This document shows, piece after piece, positions 1-9,625 of a stretch of 64,000 bases of DNA. The notes beneath the pieces are model-generated. The model was not told the DNA's origin, did not search any database, and worked only from the letters and a program-made list of their open reading frames with translations. Position 1 is the stretch's first letter, and every line of letters begins with the position of its first letter. The translations under genes and the position numbers were made by a program. The stretch is from a virus, in IMG/VR virus record IMGVR_UViG_3300020420_000009, positions 65,719 to 129,718 of that record. The stretch is one strand, 5' to 3'.

Positions 1-950
1 ATATCACTCACATATTACACTTGGGTGATTACTTTGATAGGAGAAAATACATAAACTTCTCTACTCTTAAACTTAATAGAGAACATTTTATTGAACCTAT
101 GTTAGAAAATGGTATGACTATGGATTTGATTATAGGTAATCATGATACTTATTTTAAAAATACCAACGAAGTAAACTCTCCCGACCTTTTATTATTTGAA
201 TCAGATAATATTAATGTTATCCAAGAACCCGAAGTAAAAAATTACGACGGCCTCGACATTGCATTAGTTCCATGGATTAATTCAGAAAACTATGCAGATT
301 CAGTTGAGTTTCTCATGTCTGCAAATGCAGCTATCTGTATGGGTCACTTTGAGTTTGAAGGAGCTCTTATGATGCCAGGCATGACATGTCAACATGGTCT
401 TGACCATTCATATGTTAGTAGATATGAAAAGGTTTACAGTGGTCACTTCCACCAAAAATCAGAGTTTGCAAATATCAAATATCTTGGTTCTCAAATGCAG
501 TTTACTTGGTCAGACTTTGGAGATAACAAATACTTCCATATCTTTGATACTGATACAAGAGAAATGCTACCAGTTGCAAATCCACTAACAATATTTGAAA
601 AGATATTCTATGACGATACTAAAGAAACTTTTGAAACTATTGTTAATAAAGATTATAGTAATGTCACTAACAAATTCACAAAGGTTATAGTAGTTAATAA
701 AGACAATCCATATTGGTTTGATTCGTTCTTAGATAAGATTCATGGTGCAAGTCCTCTACACTTAAATGTAGTAGACGACCACAAACACATGGATTTATTA
801 GACGATAAAGATGTAGAAAATGTAGAAGATACCCTAACCATACTCAACAAGTATGTAGAAGAGATGGATATACAGGGTAAGAAAAAGCCTCTTACAGATT
901 TAATGACTACATTGTATAATGAAGCGTTAGACGAACATACATTTATATGA
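1..950 (+). CDS. gp47: Recombination endonuclease subunit (Mre11/SbcD-like), 5' end outside the window
   Basis: Metallophosphoesterase motifs LGDYFD, GNHD, GHFE, SGHFH, YLGS; directly upstream of gp46. Confidence 0.93.
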   Translation, partial: ITHILHLGDYFDRRKYINFSTLKLNREHFIEPMLENGMTMDLIIGNHDTYFKNTNEVNSPDLLLFESDNINVIQEPEVKNYDGLDIALVPWINSENYADSVEFLMSANAAICMGHFEFEGALMMPGMTCQHGLDHSYVSRYEKVYSGHFHQKSEFANIKYLGSQMQFTWSDFGDNKYFHIFDTDTREMLPVANPLTIFEKIFYDDTKETFETIVNKDYSNVTNKFTKVIVVNKDNPYWFDSFLDKIHGASPLHLNVVDDHKHMDLLDDKDVENVEDTLTILNKYVEEMDIQGKKKPLTDLMTTLYNEALDEHTFI

Positions 951-2662
951 TAAAATTTACAGAAGTAAGATACAAGAATTTGTTATCTTCGGGAAATAGA
1001 TTTACAACAATACCACTGGATACTCACCAAACCACACTTATATTAGGTGAGAATGGAGCTGGTAAATCCACACTACTTGACGCATTGTGTTATGCACTTT
1101 ATGGTCGTGGATTCAGAAATCTCAAGAAAGACCTTCTTGTTAACTCAATCAATCAAAAAGAATTATTAGTCGAACTCGATTTTACTATCGGAAAGAAAGA
1201 CTATAAGATAGTCCGTGGAACCAAACCTAATAAGTTTGAATTATGGAGTAATGGTATCATGGTGAACCAAGACGCCAATGTTCGTGACTATCAAGACCAC
1301 CTAGAATCAAACATACTCAAAATGAGTTATCGTTCATTCACACAGGTGGCAATCCTAGGGTCTGCAAACTTTACTCCCTTTATGCAACTAAGAGCAAAAG
1401 ACAGAAGAAAGTTAGTAGAAGACCTTTTGGATATCACCATCTTTACAACCATGATGCAATTGTTGAGAAAAAAGAAATCTAATCATGCATTAGATATAAA
1501 AGAAAATCAACATGAGATTGCAATACTTGAAGAAAGAATCAATGGTTTGAATTCTCAACTTAATGCACTCCGTGAAAATAGAGAAGAAAAAATCTCTAAA
1601 TTCGAATCAACGATAGAGCAAACCCAAAGTAATATTAATAACTTATTAGGAGAAGTTGATGAAAAGACGCAAAATGTGGTGGAGAAAGAATCCAGTATCT
1701 CGAATAAAGATACTACGAAAACTAGATTGCAACAAACGATTGAAGTGGAGAAATCACTCGCAACAGCTAGAAAGAAAGCAGTTGCAGATATTGAATTCTA
1801 CGAAAACCATGACAACTGCCCAACATGTAAACAGGACTTAACAGGTGAACACAAAGAGAAATGTATTAAGGAGAAACAGGATAAGGTTGCAGAAATCAAG
1901 GAGGCGGTGTCAACTCTTGACAAACAAGTCAACGAACTCCATGAAGAAATCGATAGAATCAATACAGTTCAAGGAGAAATCACTGTAATTCAGAGAGAGA
2001 TAGGTTTAATTCAGACAGAAGTTGTATCTAATCAAAAGTATGTTATAAAACTACAAGGTGAAATAGAAACCTTAGAAAAAGAACAAGAAGGAAATACAGA
2101 TACACATGAGGATTTAACTAAAGCTGAAGATGATTTAGGTATACTTCAAGGTAAAAAGGAATTTTTGTCTGAACATGGTCACTATCTAGAGATTGCAACA
2201 CTTCTATTGAGAGACCAAGGTGTAAAAGAAAAGATAATAAAACAGTATGTCCCTATCATGAATAAACTAATTAACAAGTATCTTGCACAATTAGAGTTCT
2301 ATGTTGGGTTTGAATTAGACGAAAGTTTCGATGAAACAATCAAATCTAGATTTAGAGATGTATTCAAATACGAGAACTTCTCTCAAGGTGAGAAAATGAG
2401 GATTGACCTTGCATTACTATTCACATGGAGAGCAGTTGCAAGAATGAAGAACTCTGTAAACACTAATCTACTGATACTAGACGAGGTATTTGATAGTTCA
2501 TTAGACGCAAGTGGAACAGATGAATTCATGAAAATGTTGAATACACTAACAGAAAATACAAATGCATTTGTTATCTCTCACAAAGGTGATATACTATATG
2601 ACAAATTTGAGAATGTAATCAAGTTTGAAAAGTATAAAAACTTCTCAAGAATAGCAGAATAA
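947..2662 (+). CDS. gp46: Recombination ATPase subunit (Rad50/SbcC-like)
   Basis: Walker A GENGAGKS, central coiled coil with CPTC zinc hook, signature FSQGE, Walker B LILDEVFD, ISH. Confidence 0.96.
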   Translation: MIKFTEVRYKNLLSSGNRFTTIPLDTHQTTLILGENGAGKSTLLDALCYALYGRGFRNLKKDLLVNSINQKELLVELDFTIGKKDYKIVRGTKPNKFELWSNGIMVNQDANVRDYQDHLESNILKMSYRSFTQVAILGSANFTPFMQLRAKDRRKLVEDLLDITIFTTMMQLLRKKKSNHALDIKENQHEIAILEERINGLNSQLNALRENREEKISKFESTIEQTQSNINNLLGEVDEKTQNVVEKESSISNKDTTKTRLQQTIEVEKSLATARKKAVADIEFYENHDNCPTCKQDLTGEHKEKCIKEKQDKVAEIKEAVSTLDKQVNELHEEIDRINTVQGEITVIQREIGLIQTEVVSNQKYVIKLQGEIETLEKEQEGNTDTHEDLTKAEDDLGILQGKKEFLSEHGHYLEIATLLLRDQGVKEKIIKQYVPIMNKLINKYLAQLEFYVGFELDESFDETIKSRFRDVFKYENFSQGEKMRIDLALLFTWRAVARMKNSVNTNLLILDEVFDSSLDASGTDEFMKMLNTLTENTNAFVISHKGDILYDKFENVIKFEKYKNFSRIAE

Positions 2663-2670
2663 TATAAATA
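2663..2670 (+). promoter_or_regulatory. T4-type late promoter TATAAATA, 5 nt before the ATG at 2676
   Basis: Exact gp55 late consensus; no room for a Shine-Dalgarno. Confidence 0.8.
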
Positions 2671-2675
2671 GTTCT

Positions 2676-3128
2676 ATGAAGCAATTCAAGGACTTTATTA
2701 CCGAGAAAAAGGCACAGTTCCAAGCAGCTTTCTATAAAGGATTATACTCTAGAAATAAGGGTATATTCTATAGGGGAACAGGAAAGTCAACTGGGAACAA
2801 AATGCATGACCTACAAGCATTAGGTGCTGGAACATACTATTCATGGGATAAAAAAATGGCTCAAGCATTTGCAGATATGAAGGGTGGTGAAGTTAAAGAA
2901 TTTAAGTTCCCAAGAGGATTAAAACTTGCAGACGCACAGGGACAGGACATGGCAGAAATCAAAAAACTCATGGGTCTACAACCATGGGAATATAGTGGTG
3001 GTAAAATGTTTGCAAGAGTATTAAAAGTAGAATTTGAAAGAAAAGGATATGACGGTGTTATATCAGATAAGGCTGCAGAAGGAATAGTCATATTCGACAA
3101 AGCAAACAGGAAGGTTAAAGAACAATGA
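2676..3128 (+). CDS. Putative ADP-ribosyltransferase-like protein with capsid-targeting-like N-terminus
   Basis: MKQFKDFITE start; FYRGT...GAGTYYS...A..FA and GYDGVI patterns seen in ART-like domains of phage polyvalent proteins. Confidence 0.55.
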   Translation: MKQFKDFITEKKAQFQAAFYKGLYSRNKGIFYRGTGKSTGNKMHDLQALGAGTYYSWDKKMAQAFADMKGGEVKEFKFPRGLKLADAQGQDMAEIKKLMGLQPWEYSGGKMFARVLKVEFERKGYDGVISDKAAEGIVIFDKANRKVKEQ

Positions 3129-3844
3129 GACAAGTATTTAAAGATATCAGAACCATTATGGAAGCAGGCGGTGCAGCTGCAGGAAGCCTAGAGTTAATTA
3201 AGATTAGCTATGAAAAAGCAGTTGAACATGCAAAATCAAAAGGTATTGATATAGAAGAATTGATACCGTCATTCAAAAAGAATTTTGAAATGGCAAAAAA
3301 ACTAGCAGGAAAAGGATTTGCAAAAAGGTCAGAAATGCCTGTGATTAATAATAATGATGTCAAGAACTTCCAAACAAGATTAGCAAAAGGTTTCATAGAT
3401 ATAAACAAACCTTTTGCAAGTAATGAACTTCCCGATGAACCTTTTCCTCAAGGATTAGATAGGAACACAGGTAAAACATGGATTAAAAGTGGTTTACCAA
3501 GATTTGACGGAGATGCAAAAGACGATGTTGTCACTGTAAAATCAAAAAAGGTTGCAGTGAAAAACCTAAAACCTATACAGAAACAAATATATTTTGATAA
3601 GTCATTCAAAAACATTTCAGATTATGACTTCAAAGATACTATGAAGTTTTTAAAAAGTGATAGAAACATATTCATTATATCGAGTGACAATGCAATCATA
3701 GACGGACACCATAGATTTTTAACTGCAATGTTGATAGACCCAAACATAACTGTCAATACTATTGCAATCGATTTACCTATAAAACAATTATTACCTCTAA
3801 CACTATCTTATACAGACGCAATCGGCAATCAAAGGAACAAGTAA
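3125..3844 (+). CDS. ParB/Srx-like domain protein
   Basis: LKPIQKQI and IIDGHHR motifs. Confidence 0.7.
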   Translation: MRQVFKDIRTIMEAGGAAAGSLELIKISYEKAVEHAKSKGIDIEELIPSFKKNFEMAKKLAGKGFAKRSEMPVINNNDVKNFQTRLAKGFIDINKPFASNELPDEPFPQGLDRNTGKTWIKSGLPRFDGDAKDDVVTVKSKKVAVKNLKPIQKQIYFDKSFKNISDYDFKDTMKFLKSDRNIFIISSDNAIIDGHHRFLTAMLIDPNITVNTIAIDLPIKQLLPLTLSYTDAIGNQRNK

Positions 3845-5205
3845 TGTTTACTTTTCAAGAACTACAAGAAGCTTCACTTACTGAAGCCTCCACAGAACTA
3901 GAACAAGTTTTAGTTAAAGTATGTGGTGGAACCACACCAAGAAAAGAATACAAAAATGTTTTGAATGTTGCTCAAAAAAATGGTTTTGAAACAGCAGAAG
4001 AACTAGGTGAAGCAATTTTAAAAGACGCAGGAATCAGTCTCAAAAGTTCTAACCCAAGAATGTCAGAGAATGGCCCAACCGACCCCGACTGGGAAGGTGA
4101 TAACAATACTTCTAAAACAGATATCCACTTAGGAAAGTATGATATATCATTAAAAAGTGGAAGTGCAGCTCTAATGAGTGGTGGTTCAAAAGAATCTCGT
4201 GCAACATTCAAAGCTGCATTAGAACATGCAAAAACATCTTTTCAAGGAGACATAGCAGATATTGCAAAAGAAATAGAAGATGGATTCGAAAAAATGATTC
4301 CTTCAACTCTAGGACAAATGCCAGGCGGTATTATTGCACAGAAAGCAGGGACAGTATTCCCTCATGAAAAAGGTGGTTCACTTGGTCAAGGTAAACGAAA
4401 AATGGCAAAGGTTGGAAAACAAGCTTTTAAATTGTTAGATAAAGATGTGCAAGATACAGATGTCACTTATGATAAACCTTCAACTAAAGAATTCAAAAAA
4501 AGGTCAGGTTATAGATATTATAAAGACGATAGTGGGAAGGAATATGAATATAAAGGAGACTATCATTTACTCAAAGTAAACCCAAAATCATTTGATAAAG
4601 ACCAAATTCTAAAAGACGCAGACGACCTTCATACAAAAATGAAGAAACAAGTTGCAGACCTTTTCAATGGAAGTGAAGATTTTAAAAATGCATTTGTGTT
4701 TGAGGCAATGACTGGATACAAAAAATTCTCACCCTCCAATCCTAATATTGCAAAACATTTTTTAGTTGCAACCTTTCAAGGTAAAGGAAACTTAATAGGT
4801 GAGATTAAAAATTATAATGATTCATATGTTAAAAAAGTTGCAAAACAAGTCAAACCTGATGTTAGATTCAAAAGCACCTCTCAAGAAAAAACAATAGACA
4901 AGAAAAAACAAAAAACAGGATATAAAAGATTTTGGTCTGTTCTCCAACTTAATTATAATCATATACAAGAACAAACTGAAATCATGGAAAGAGAAGCAGA
5001 ACAAATGCAGAAGTTCTTATCAGAAGGACTTATATCAGAAGTTGCATTTTTCTCATGGGCAAAAAAGAAAATCAAAGGAATAGTAAACTATATTAAAAGA
5101 GTGTTCAACGCAGTCAAGAATTTTATAATGGAGAAAGTGGAAAATATACTGGAGTTTTTAGATATGACACCAGTAGTATCATTTAATAATACCGTTAAGT
5201 GGTAA
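3844..5205 (+). CDS. Putative PD-(D/E)xK nuclease-like virion protein
   Basis: SKTDIHLGKYDISLK pattern; MFTFQELQEASLTE start; amphipathic C-terminal helix after LISE. Confidence 0.45.
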   Translation: MFTFQELQEASLTEASTELEQVLVKVCGGTTPRKEYKNVLNVAQKNGFETAEELGEAILKDAGISLKSSNPRMSENGPTDPDWEGDNNTSKTDIHLGKYDISLKSGSAALMSGGSKESRATFKAALEHAKTSFQGDIADIAKEIEDGFEKMIPSTLGQMPGGIIAQKAGTVFPHEKGGSLGQGKRKMAKVGKQAFKLLDKDVQDTDVTYDKPSTKEFKKRSGYRYYKDDSGKEYEYKGDYHLLKVNPKSFDKDQILKDADDLHTKMKKQVADLFNGSEDFKNAFVFEAMTGYKKFSPSNPNIAKHFLVATFQGKGNLIGEIKNYNDSYVKKVAKQVKPDVRFKSTSQEKTIDKKKQKTGYKRFWSVLQLNYNHIQEQTEIMEREAEQMQKFLSEGLISEVAFFSWAKKKIKGIVNYIKRVFNAVKNFIMEKVENILEFLDMTPVVSFNNTVKW

Positions 5206-5221
5206 ACCCTATATATTAACA

Positions 5222-5848
5222 ATGTATGATTTAGTAGAAGAAGCTTCGAAGGTTTTACGCAACCCTACAACAGAGTTCGACTTTGAAAACCCACCCGAAG
5301 ACCCAAAAGAAATAGAAAAGAATCTTGGACAAGCCATGGAAAGATTTGGAGGTATAGGATTATCTGCAAATCAATTAGGTTTAGATTATAGAGTTTTTGT
5401 CATGGCAACAGCAGACAGTGGAATCAAAGCATTCTTCAATCCCGAGATAACTAAATTATCAAAAGAAACAGACTTATTGAAAGAAGGTTGTTTATCTTTT
5501 CCCGACATTTACCTAATGATTAAACGGTCAAAGGTAATAGAGTTTGATTACACAGACTCAGACGGAGAGAGAAGAACCTTACAATTAGATGGAATAGGTG
5601 CAAGGTGTGTTCAACATGAACTAGACCACCTAAATGGTATCATATTCCTACAACGAGCTTCTCGTTTAAAAATAGAAAGAGCTTTACAAGCTCGACCAAA
5701 AGAGAGAAGAAAGAGAATAGATTATGAGCGCAGAATGGAAATTGCTAGACAACTCCAAAGTATACAATCACAAGCTGATTCCGATACTAACGAAGGAACA
5801 GTGCCAAGCGATGATACGGTGGCACCAATCTCACAAACATCTTCGTAG
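5222..5848 (+). CDS. def: Peptide deformylase
   Basis: GIGLSANQ, EGCLS and QHELDH motifs. Confidence 0.95.
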   Translation: MYDLVEEASKVLRNPTTEFDFENPPEDPKEIEKNLGQAMERFGGIGLSANQLGLDYRVFVMATADSGIKAFFNPEITKLSKETDLLKEGCLSFPDIYLMIKRSKVIEFDYTDSDGERRTLQLDGIGARCVQHELDHLNGIIFLQRASRLKIERALQARPKERRKRIDYERRMEIARQLQSIQSQADSDTNEGTVPSDDTVAPISQTSS

Positions 5849-6509
5849 AGTTGGTGACGGCTCCGATTATTGGGGTGTCCGAAAAATACATATACAGAAT
5901 GAAGCAATTCGTAGGATTTTTCAGCAAGTAGAAAATCATTGTATATCCGAAATATATAAAGCAACAAATAAAGTATTTCATACAGAAATGGCTACACTTA
6001 CAGAGTGGCCAATAGGTGGTGTCCAAACACCTCACCTCGATACATATTCTAATCAAGAATATTCAATAGACCCTGAGTATGATAAAAAGATAGAGAGAGG
6101 AGAACAAGGCCCTTCAAGAGAATGGACTTGTATTCTTTATCTTAATGACGACCACGGTGGTGGTGAAACTTATTTTCCACCTTCTGATTATTACCCTTTT
6201 GGTTGGCAGTCTGCAAACATGGGTGAAGACAGAAAAACTGGAGACGGTCTTTTATTTCAAGGAATTTATCATTCACACGGAGTTTTTCCAGTAAGAAGAA
6301 ACTCAAGACATACCATGGCATTATGGTTCACAGAGGACATTGAAAAATGTGCAACTCAACAATATGTGGGTGACTTGGAACATAATGAATCTTCAATCAA
6401 ACAACACCTACAAACACAATTAGGTGATGTTTTATATACACAACAGACTGAAATGCACAGAGATAAAACTCTCTGGCATGAATATCTAAATCACGCCAAA
6501 AAATTCTAA
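5724..6509 (+). CDS. 2OG-Fe(II) oxygenase, prolyl 4-hydroxylase-like
   Basis: HLD, ILYLNDDHGGGETYF, HGV, R-x-T-x-x-x-W; overlaps the 3' end of def by 125 nt. Confidence 0.85.
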   Translation: MSAEWKLLDNSKVYNHKLIPILTKEQCQAMIRWHQSHKHLRRVGDGSDYWGVRKIHIQNEAIRRIFQQVENHCISEIYKATNKVFHTEMATLTEWPIGGVQTPHLDTYSNQEYSIDPEYDKKIERGEQGPSREWTCILYLNDDHGGGETYFPPSDYYPFGWQSANMGEDRKTGDGLLFQGIYHSHGVFPVRRNSRHTMALWFTEDIEKCATQQYVGDLEHNESSIKQHLQTQLGDVLYTQQTEMHRDKTLWHEYLNHAKKF

Positions 6510-6517
6510 CTCAAGCC

Positions 6518-6547
6518 TTGACAATGACTATGCCTTTCTGTTAGCAT
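6518..6547 (+). promoter_or_regulatory. Sigma70-type early promoter with extended -10
   Basis: TTGACA-18 nt-TAGCAT with TG at -15/-14; ATG 6 nt after the -10 box. Confidence 0.8.
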
Positions 6548-6553
6548 AGTAGT

Positions 6554-6673
6554 ATGAGTTGTGATTATACACAAATATTTTTAGAAAACATGTTCGAAGA
6601 GGGACTTGAACAAGGTCTAAATGAAGACCAAGCAGCTGCATATGCACTGGAAGCCCTTGAAAACATTGAGTAA
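6554..6673 (+). CDS. 39-aa acidic peptide (not in ORF track)
   Basis: MSCDYTQIFLENMFEEGLEQGLNEDQAAAYALEALENIE; fills the gap between two promoters. Confidence 0.7.
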   Translation: MSCDYTQIFLENMFEEGLEQGLNEDQAAAYALEALENIE

Positions 6674-6681
6674 ATCAGGCC

Positions 6682-6711
6682 TTGACTATGTGTCAGGCTT
6701 TATGTTAGCAT
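6682..6711 (+). promoter_or_regulatory. Sigma70-type early promoter
   Basis: TTGACT-18 nt-TAGCAT with extended TG; ATG at 6718. Confidence 0.8.
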
Positions 6712-6717
6712 ATACAT

Positions 6718-9114
6718 ATGAATGAGAGATTAACAAACCAAAAAGACAACCTTGCAAAACTAATGGCAACAGAGAATCTTACTGTTGTTCATAGGAAGGT
6801 TCCTACTGCATACTTTGATTTGAAGAATAGACTACTTTGTTGTCCTATTCTTAAAGAGGATATATCCTCTGAACTTTATGACTTGTTTATGGGTCATGAA
6901 GTTTCTCATGCATTACATACACCATATGAAGGTGTTCATTCTGCTGTCACTAAGAACAAGACTCTTAAAGGATATCTCAATGTTGTTGAAGATGTAAGGA
7001 TTGAGAGATTTATCAAAGACAAATATCCAGGCTTAAGAAAATCATTCTTCAAAGCATACAACGAACTTATGGAAATGGACTTCTTTGGAGTTCATGGAAG
7101 AGACCTAAACAAAGAAGCTTCATTGATTGACAAAATCAATTTGATTACTAAGTGTGGTTCTAGAGTAAATATCACTCTTAATAAAGAAGAAAAGTTCTTC
7201 CTTGATTGGGCAATGAAATGTGATACATGGGAAGAGGTTGAAGAATGTGCAAATGCAATCTACAACTGGTCAAAAGAAAACGAAACAAGAACAGAAGTTG
7301 ACGAGGACTTAGTTCCTCAAATGTTTGATGTTGGTGACGAAGACGAAGACGAAGATTACGAAGACGGAGAAGAAGAGAACGAAGGTGAGTCTTGGGAAGA
7401 TTCATACGGTGACTCTGATGAAGAAGAGGAAGAAGATAATCTTCCCGAAGTAGAACAAGAATCCAGTGGAAGTGGTGACCAAGAATCAGAAGAAGGTGAC
7501 GAAGAAACAGAAGAAGAAAACAAAACTACAGGAACTATTGCTGGTAAAGGAGCTCCTTCAACAGCAGAAGACTATGACGATGAAGACGGTGCAAGGGAAT
7601 CAATCACTGAACACAATGCACACAACAATGAAGAGATGTTTATTTCAGAAGACAACTCAACAAGATATCAAATCAAACTAGATGATGAGTTCAAGAAAAA
7701 GAATTTCTTCAAAGACTATGTGACTTCATACAAAGAAGTTGACAAGGTCTTTACAGATTACCACAATAATCAAGAAGACAAGTATTACTCAGAAAAAATG
7801 GAAGAGTCACTTAGAAGAGCAAAACATTCTGCAAAAAAACTAGAATCAAAAAACAAATCAATTGTCATGCACATGGCAAAAGAATTTGAAATGAGACAAA
7901 CTGCACAAAGAGCTGTTCATGCATTCAGTGGTAAAACTGGAAAACTAGACATGAACAGACTTGCAAAATATCAGATTGTTGATGATGTTTTCAAAAGAGT
8001 GACTTACATGCCTGACGGTAAAAACCATGGTGTCAATATTCTAGTTGACTGGAGTGGTTCTATCCACAATGAAGTTATGGATATTCTAGAACAAACATTT
8101 ATTCTTACAATGTTCTGTAGAAAAGTTGATATCCCTCACAGAGTTTACTTATTCAGTGACGCTTATCACTGTGGTGAAGATGACTGGAGAGGTGACAGGT
8201 CTACATTGATTGAATTATTCTCAAATGAAATGAATGGAAGAGAATTCAAAAAAGGTTTGATATGGGCTGCTTCACTTTACAACGAATACCTTCAAGAGAA
8301 GTTTGGTTATAGTTGGGGAAGAGGTTGGGAAAAGAAAGTTCAAAAGTATGACGAGTGGTATAAAGAGATTCAAGACCCACTAGGTAAATTTGACAGTGAA
8401 GGTAATCATATTGGTGGATACATTGACTTCCCTAGAGAATGGATTCCTCACCAGTTCAGACTAGGTGGAACACCTCTTGACCAAGCACTTGTTGCCACAA
8501 GAACACTTCTAAAAGATTTTATCAGAAACTACAATGTTGAGAAATCAATATTGACAGTTATCACAGACGGATATTCACACACAGCTGATTCATTGAAAAA
8601 ATCAGATGACGAGTATGCAAGTGAGAGAGAACAAAGAGGTAATGGAGATAGTTGGAATACTAAACATATCAGAGAAATTATTGACCCTTATTCAAAAAGA
8701 GTTTATCCTTTATCATCAGATGGAAGATACTACAGTTCAACTTTCAAAACTACTCAAAACCTACTAGACTGGTTGAGTAAAGAAACAGGAACTACGGTCA
8801 CTGGATACTTTGTTTGTTCTAAGAAACAAGAAGCAACTAATGTTATCAGAGAGGCAGAAAAAGTTTCTTACGAAACAGATATTGACGATGCTTGGAGACA
8901 AGCAAGAAAAGGTGGGTTCATATTAGAAGCTCACGGATACAACAAATTATTCATAACCGCTGCTTCAAATCTTGGAGTGGAAGGTTCAGACGAACTAGAT
9001 GACGAGTTAGTCGACGCTAAAAAAACTAGAGTGTTGGCTGCTTTTAAGAGAAACCAAAAGTCAAAGACAACATCTAGGTTTTTGACTAACGAATTTATCA
9101 AGGAGATAGCATAA
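6718..9114 (+). CDS. CobT-like protein: HExxH peptidase-like domain, acidic linker, VWA domain
   Basis: HEVSH, NVVEDVRIE, long D/E tract, MIDAS DWSGS, GGTPL, VITDG; upstream of a MoxR/CobS ATPase. Confidence 0.8.
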   Translation: MNERLTNQKDNLAKLMATENLTVVHRKVPTAYFDLKNRLLCCPILKEDISSELYDLFMGHEVSHALHTPYEGVHSAVTKNKTLKGYLNVVEDVRIERFIKDKYPGLRKSFFKAYNELMEMDFFGVHGRDLNKEASLIDKINLITKCGSRVNITLNKEEKFFLDWAMKCDTWEEVEECANAIYNWSKENETRTEVDEDLVPQMFDVGDEDEDEDYEDGEEENEGESWEDSYGDSDEEEEEDNLPEVEQESSGSGDQESEEGDEETEEENKTTGTIAGKGAPSTAEDYDDEDGARESITEHNAHNNEEMFISEDNSTRYQIKLDDEFKKKNFFKDYVTSYKEVDKVFTDYHNNQEDKYYSEKMEESLRRAKHSAKKLESKNKSIVMHMAKEFEMRQTAQRAVHAFSGKTGKLDMNRLAKYQIVDDVFKRVTYMPDGKNHGVNILVDWSGSIHNEVMDILEQTFILTMFCRKVDIPHRVYLFSDAYHCGEDDWRGDRSTLIELFSNEMNGREFKKGLIWAASLYNEYLQEKFGYSWGRGWEKKVQKYDEWYKEIQDPLGKFDSEGNHIGGYIDFPREWIPHQFRLGGTPLDQALVATRTLLKDFIRNYNVEKSILTVITDGYSHTADSLKKSDDEYASEREQRGNGDSWNTKHIREIIDPYSKRVYPLSSDGRYYSSTFKTTQNLLDWLSKETGTTVTGYFVCSKKQEATNVIREAEKVSYETDIDDAWRQARKGGFILEAHGYNKLFITAASNLGVEGSDELDDELVDAKKTRVLAAFKRNQKSKTTSRFLTNEFIKEIA

Positions 9115-9290
9115 TGGAAGCAATTCTGAATAAAGACGACTACAGGGAATTCACTCAAAGAGTGGACATTGCAAGTTCGAAGGGAGTAGAAGTTCCTCAC
9201 CTAGTCGAAACTATAGGTGACAAATACAAGATTACTTTGTTAGAAAAAGTAGACTTAGAATTATTAGATGATATAACGGAGACAAAATAA
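9114..9290 (+). CDS. 58-aa hypothetical protein (not in ORF track)
   Basis: TAATG coupling on both sides, AGGAG upstream; MEAILNKDDYREFTQRV... Confidence 0.7.
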   Translation: MEAILNKDDYREFTQRVDIASSKGVEVPHLVETIGDKYKITLLEKVDLELLDDITETK

Positions 9291-9562
9291 TGAGAGACCC
9301 TTTAAGAGTTGACCCGTCTTACTATTCACCAGTGGTGAATGAAGTGTCAAAGTTCGCTGACGCTGTAATGGAAGTTGGGCCAAGTCCCTGTGTTTTTCAC
9401 AAATGTGATAGATATGAAGCTTGTAAAAATGAGAGAGTGGAATGTTTTGCATTTAGGACTTGGGTGAATAACGGTGAACCTTATCTTACTGAAAAGAATA
9501 AGAAGGGTGATAAGATTAAATGTGTTGAGAAAATTGGAAGGAACCTTGAACCTATCAAGTAA
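9290..9562 (+). CDS. Small Cys-rich hypothetical protein
   Basis: PCVFHKC...C...C pattern; translationally coupled. Confidence 0.65.
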   Translation: MRDPLRVDPSYYSPVVNEVSKFADAVMEVGPSPCVFHKCDRYEACKNERVECFAFRTWVNNGEPYLTEKNKKGDKIKCVEKIGRNLEPIK

Positions 9563-9567
9563 TGGCC

Positions 9568-9597
9568 TTGACAATGCCACCAGCTTTCTGTTAGCAT
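9568..9597 (+). promoter_or_regulatory. Sigma70-type early promoter
   Basis: GCCTTGACAATG...TTTCTGTTAGCATA, closely matching the promoter at 6518. Confidence 0.8.
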
Positions 9598-9625
9598 ATA
9601 TGTATTGATGAGAAAAGGAGACTAT

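Noticed and set aside
7320-7590. GAA/GAC-rich tract as a tandem repeat or array
   Set aside because: It encodes the acidic linker; no fixed repeat unit or spacers
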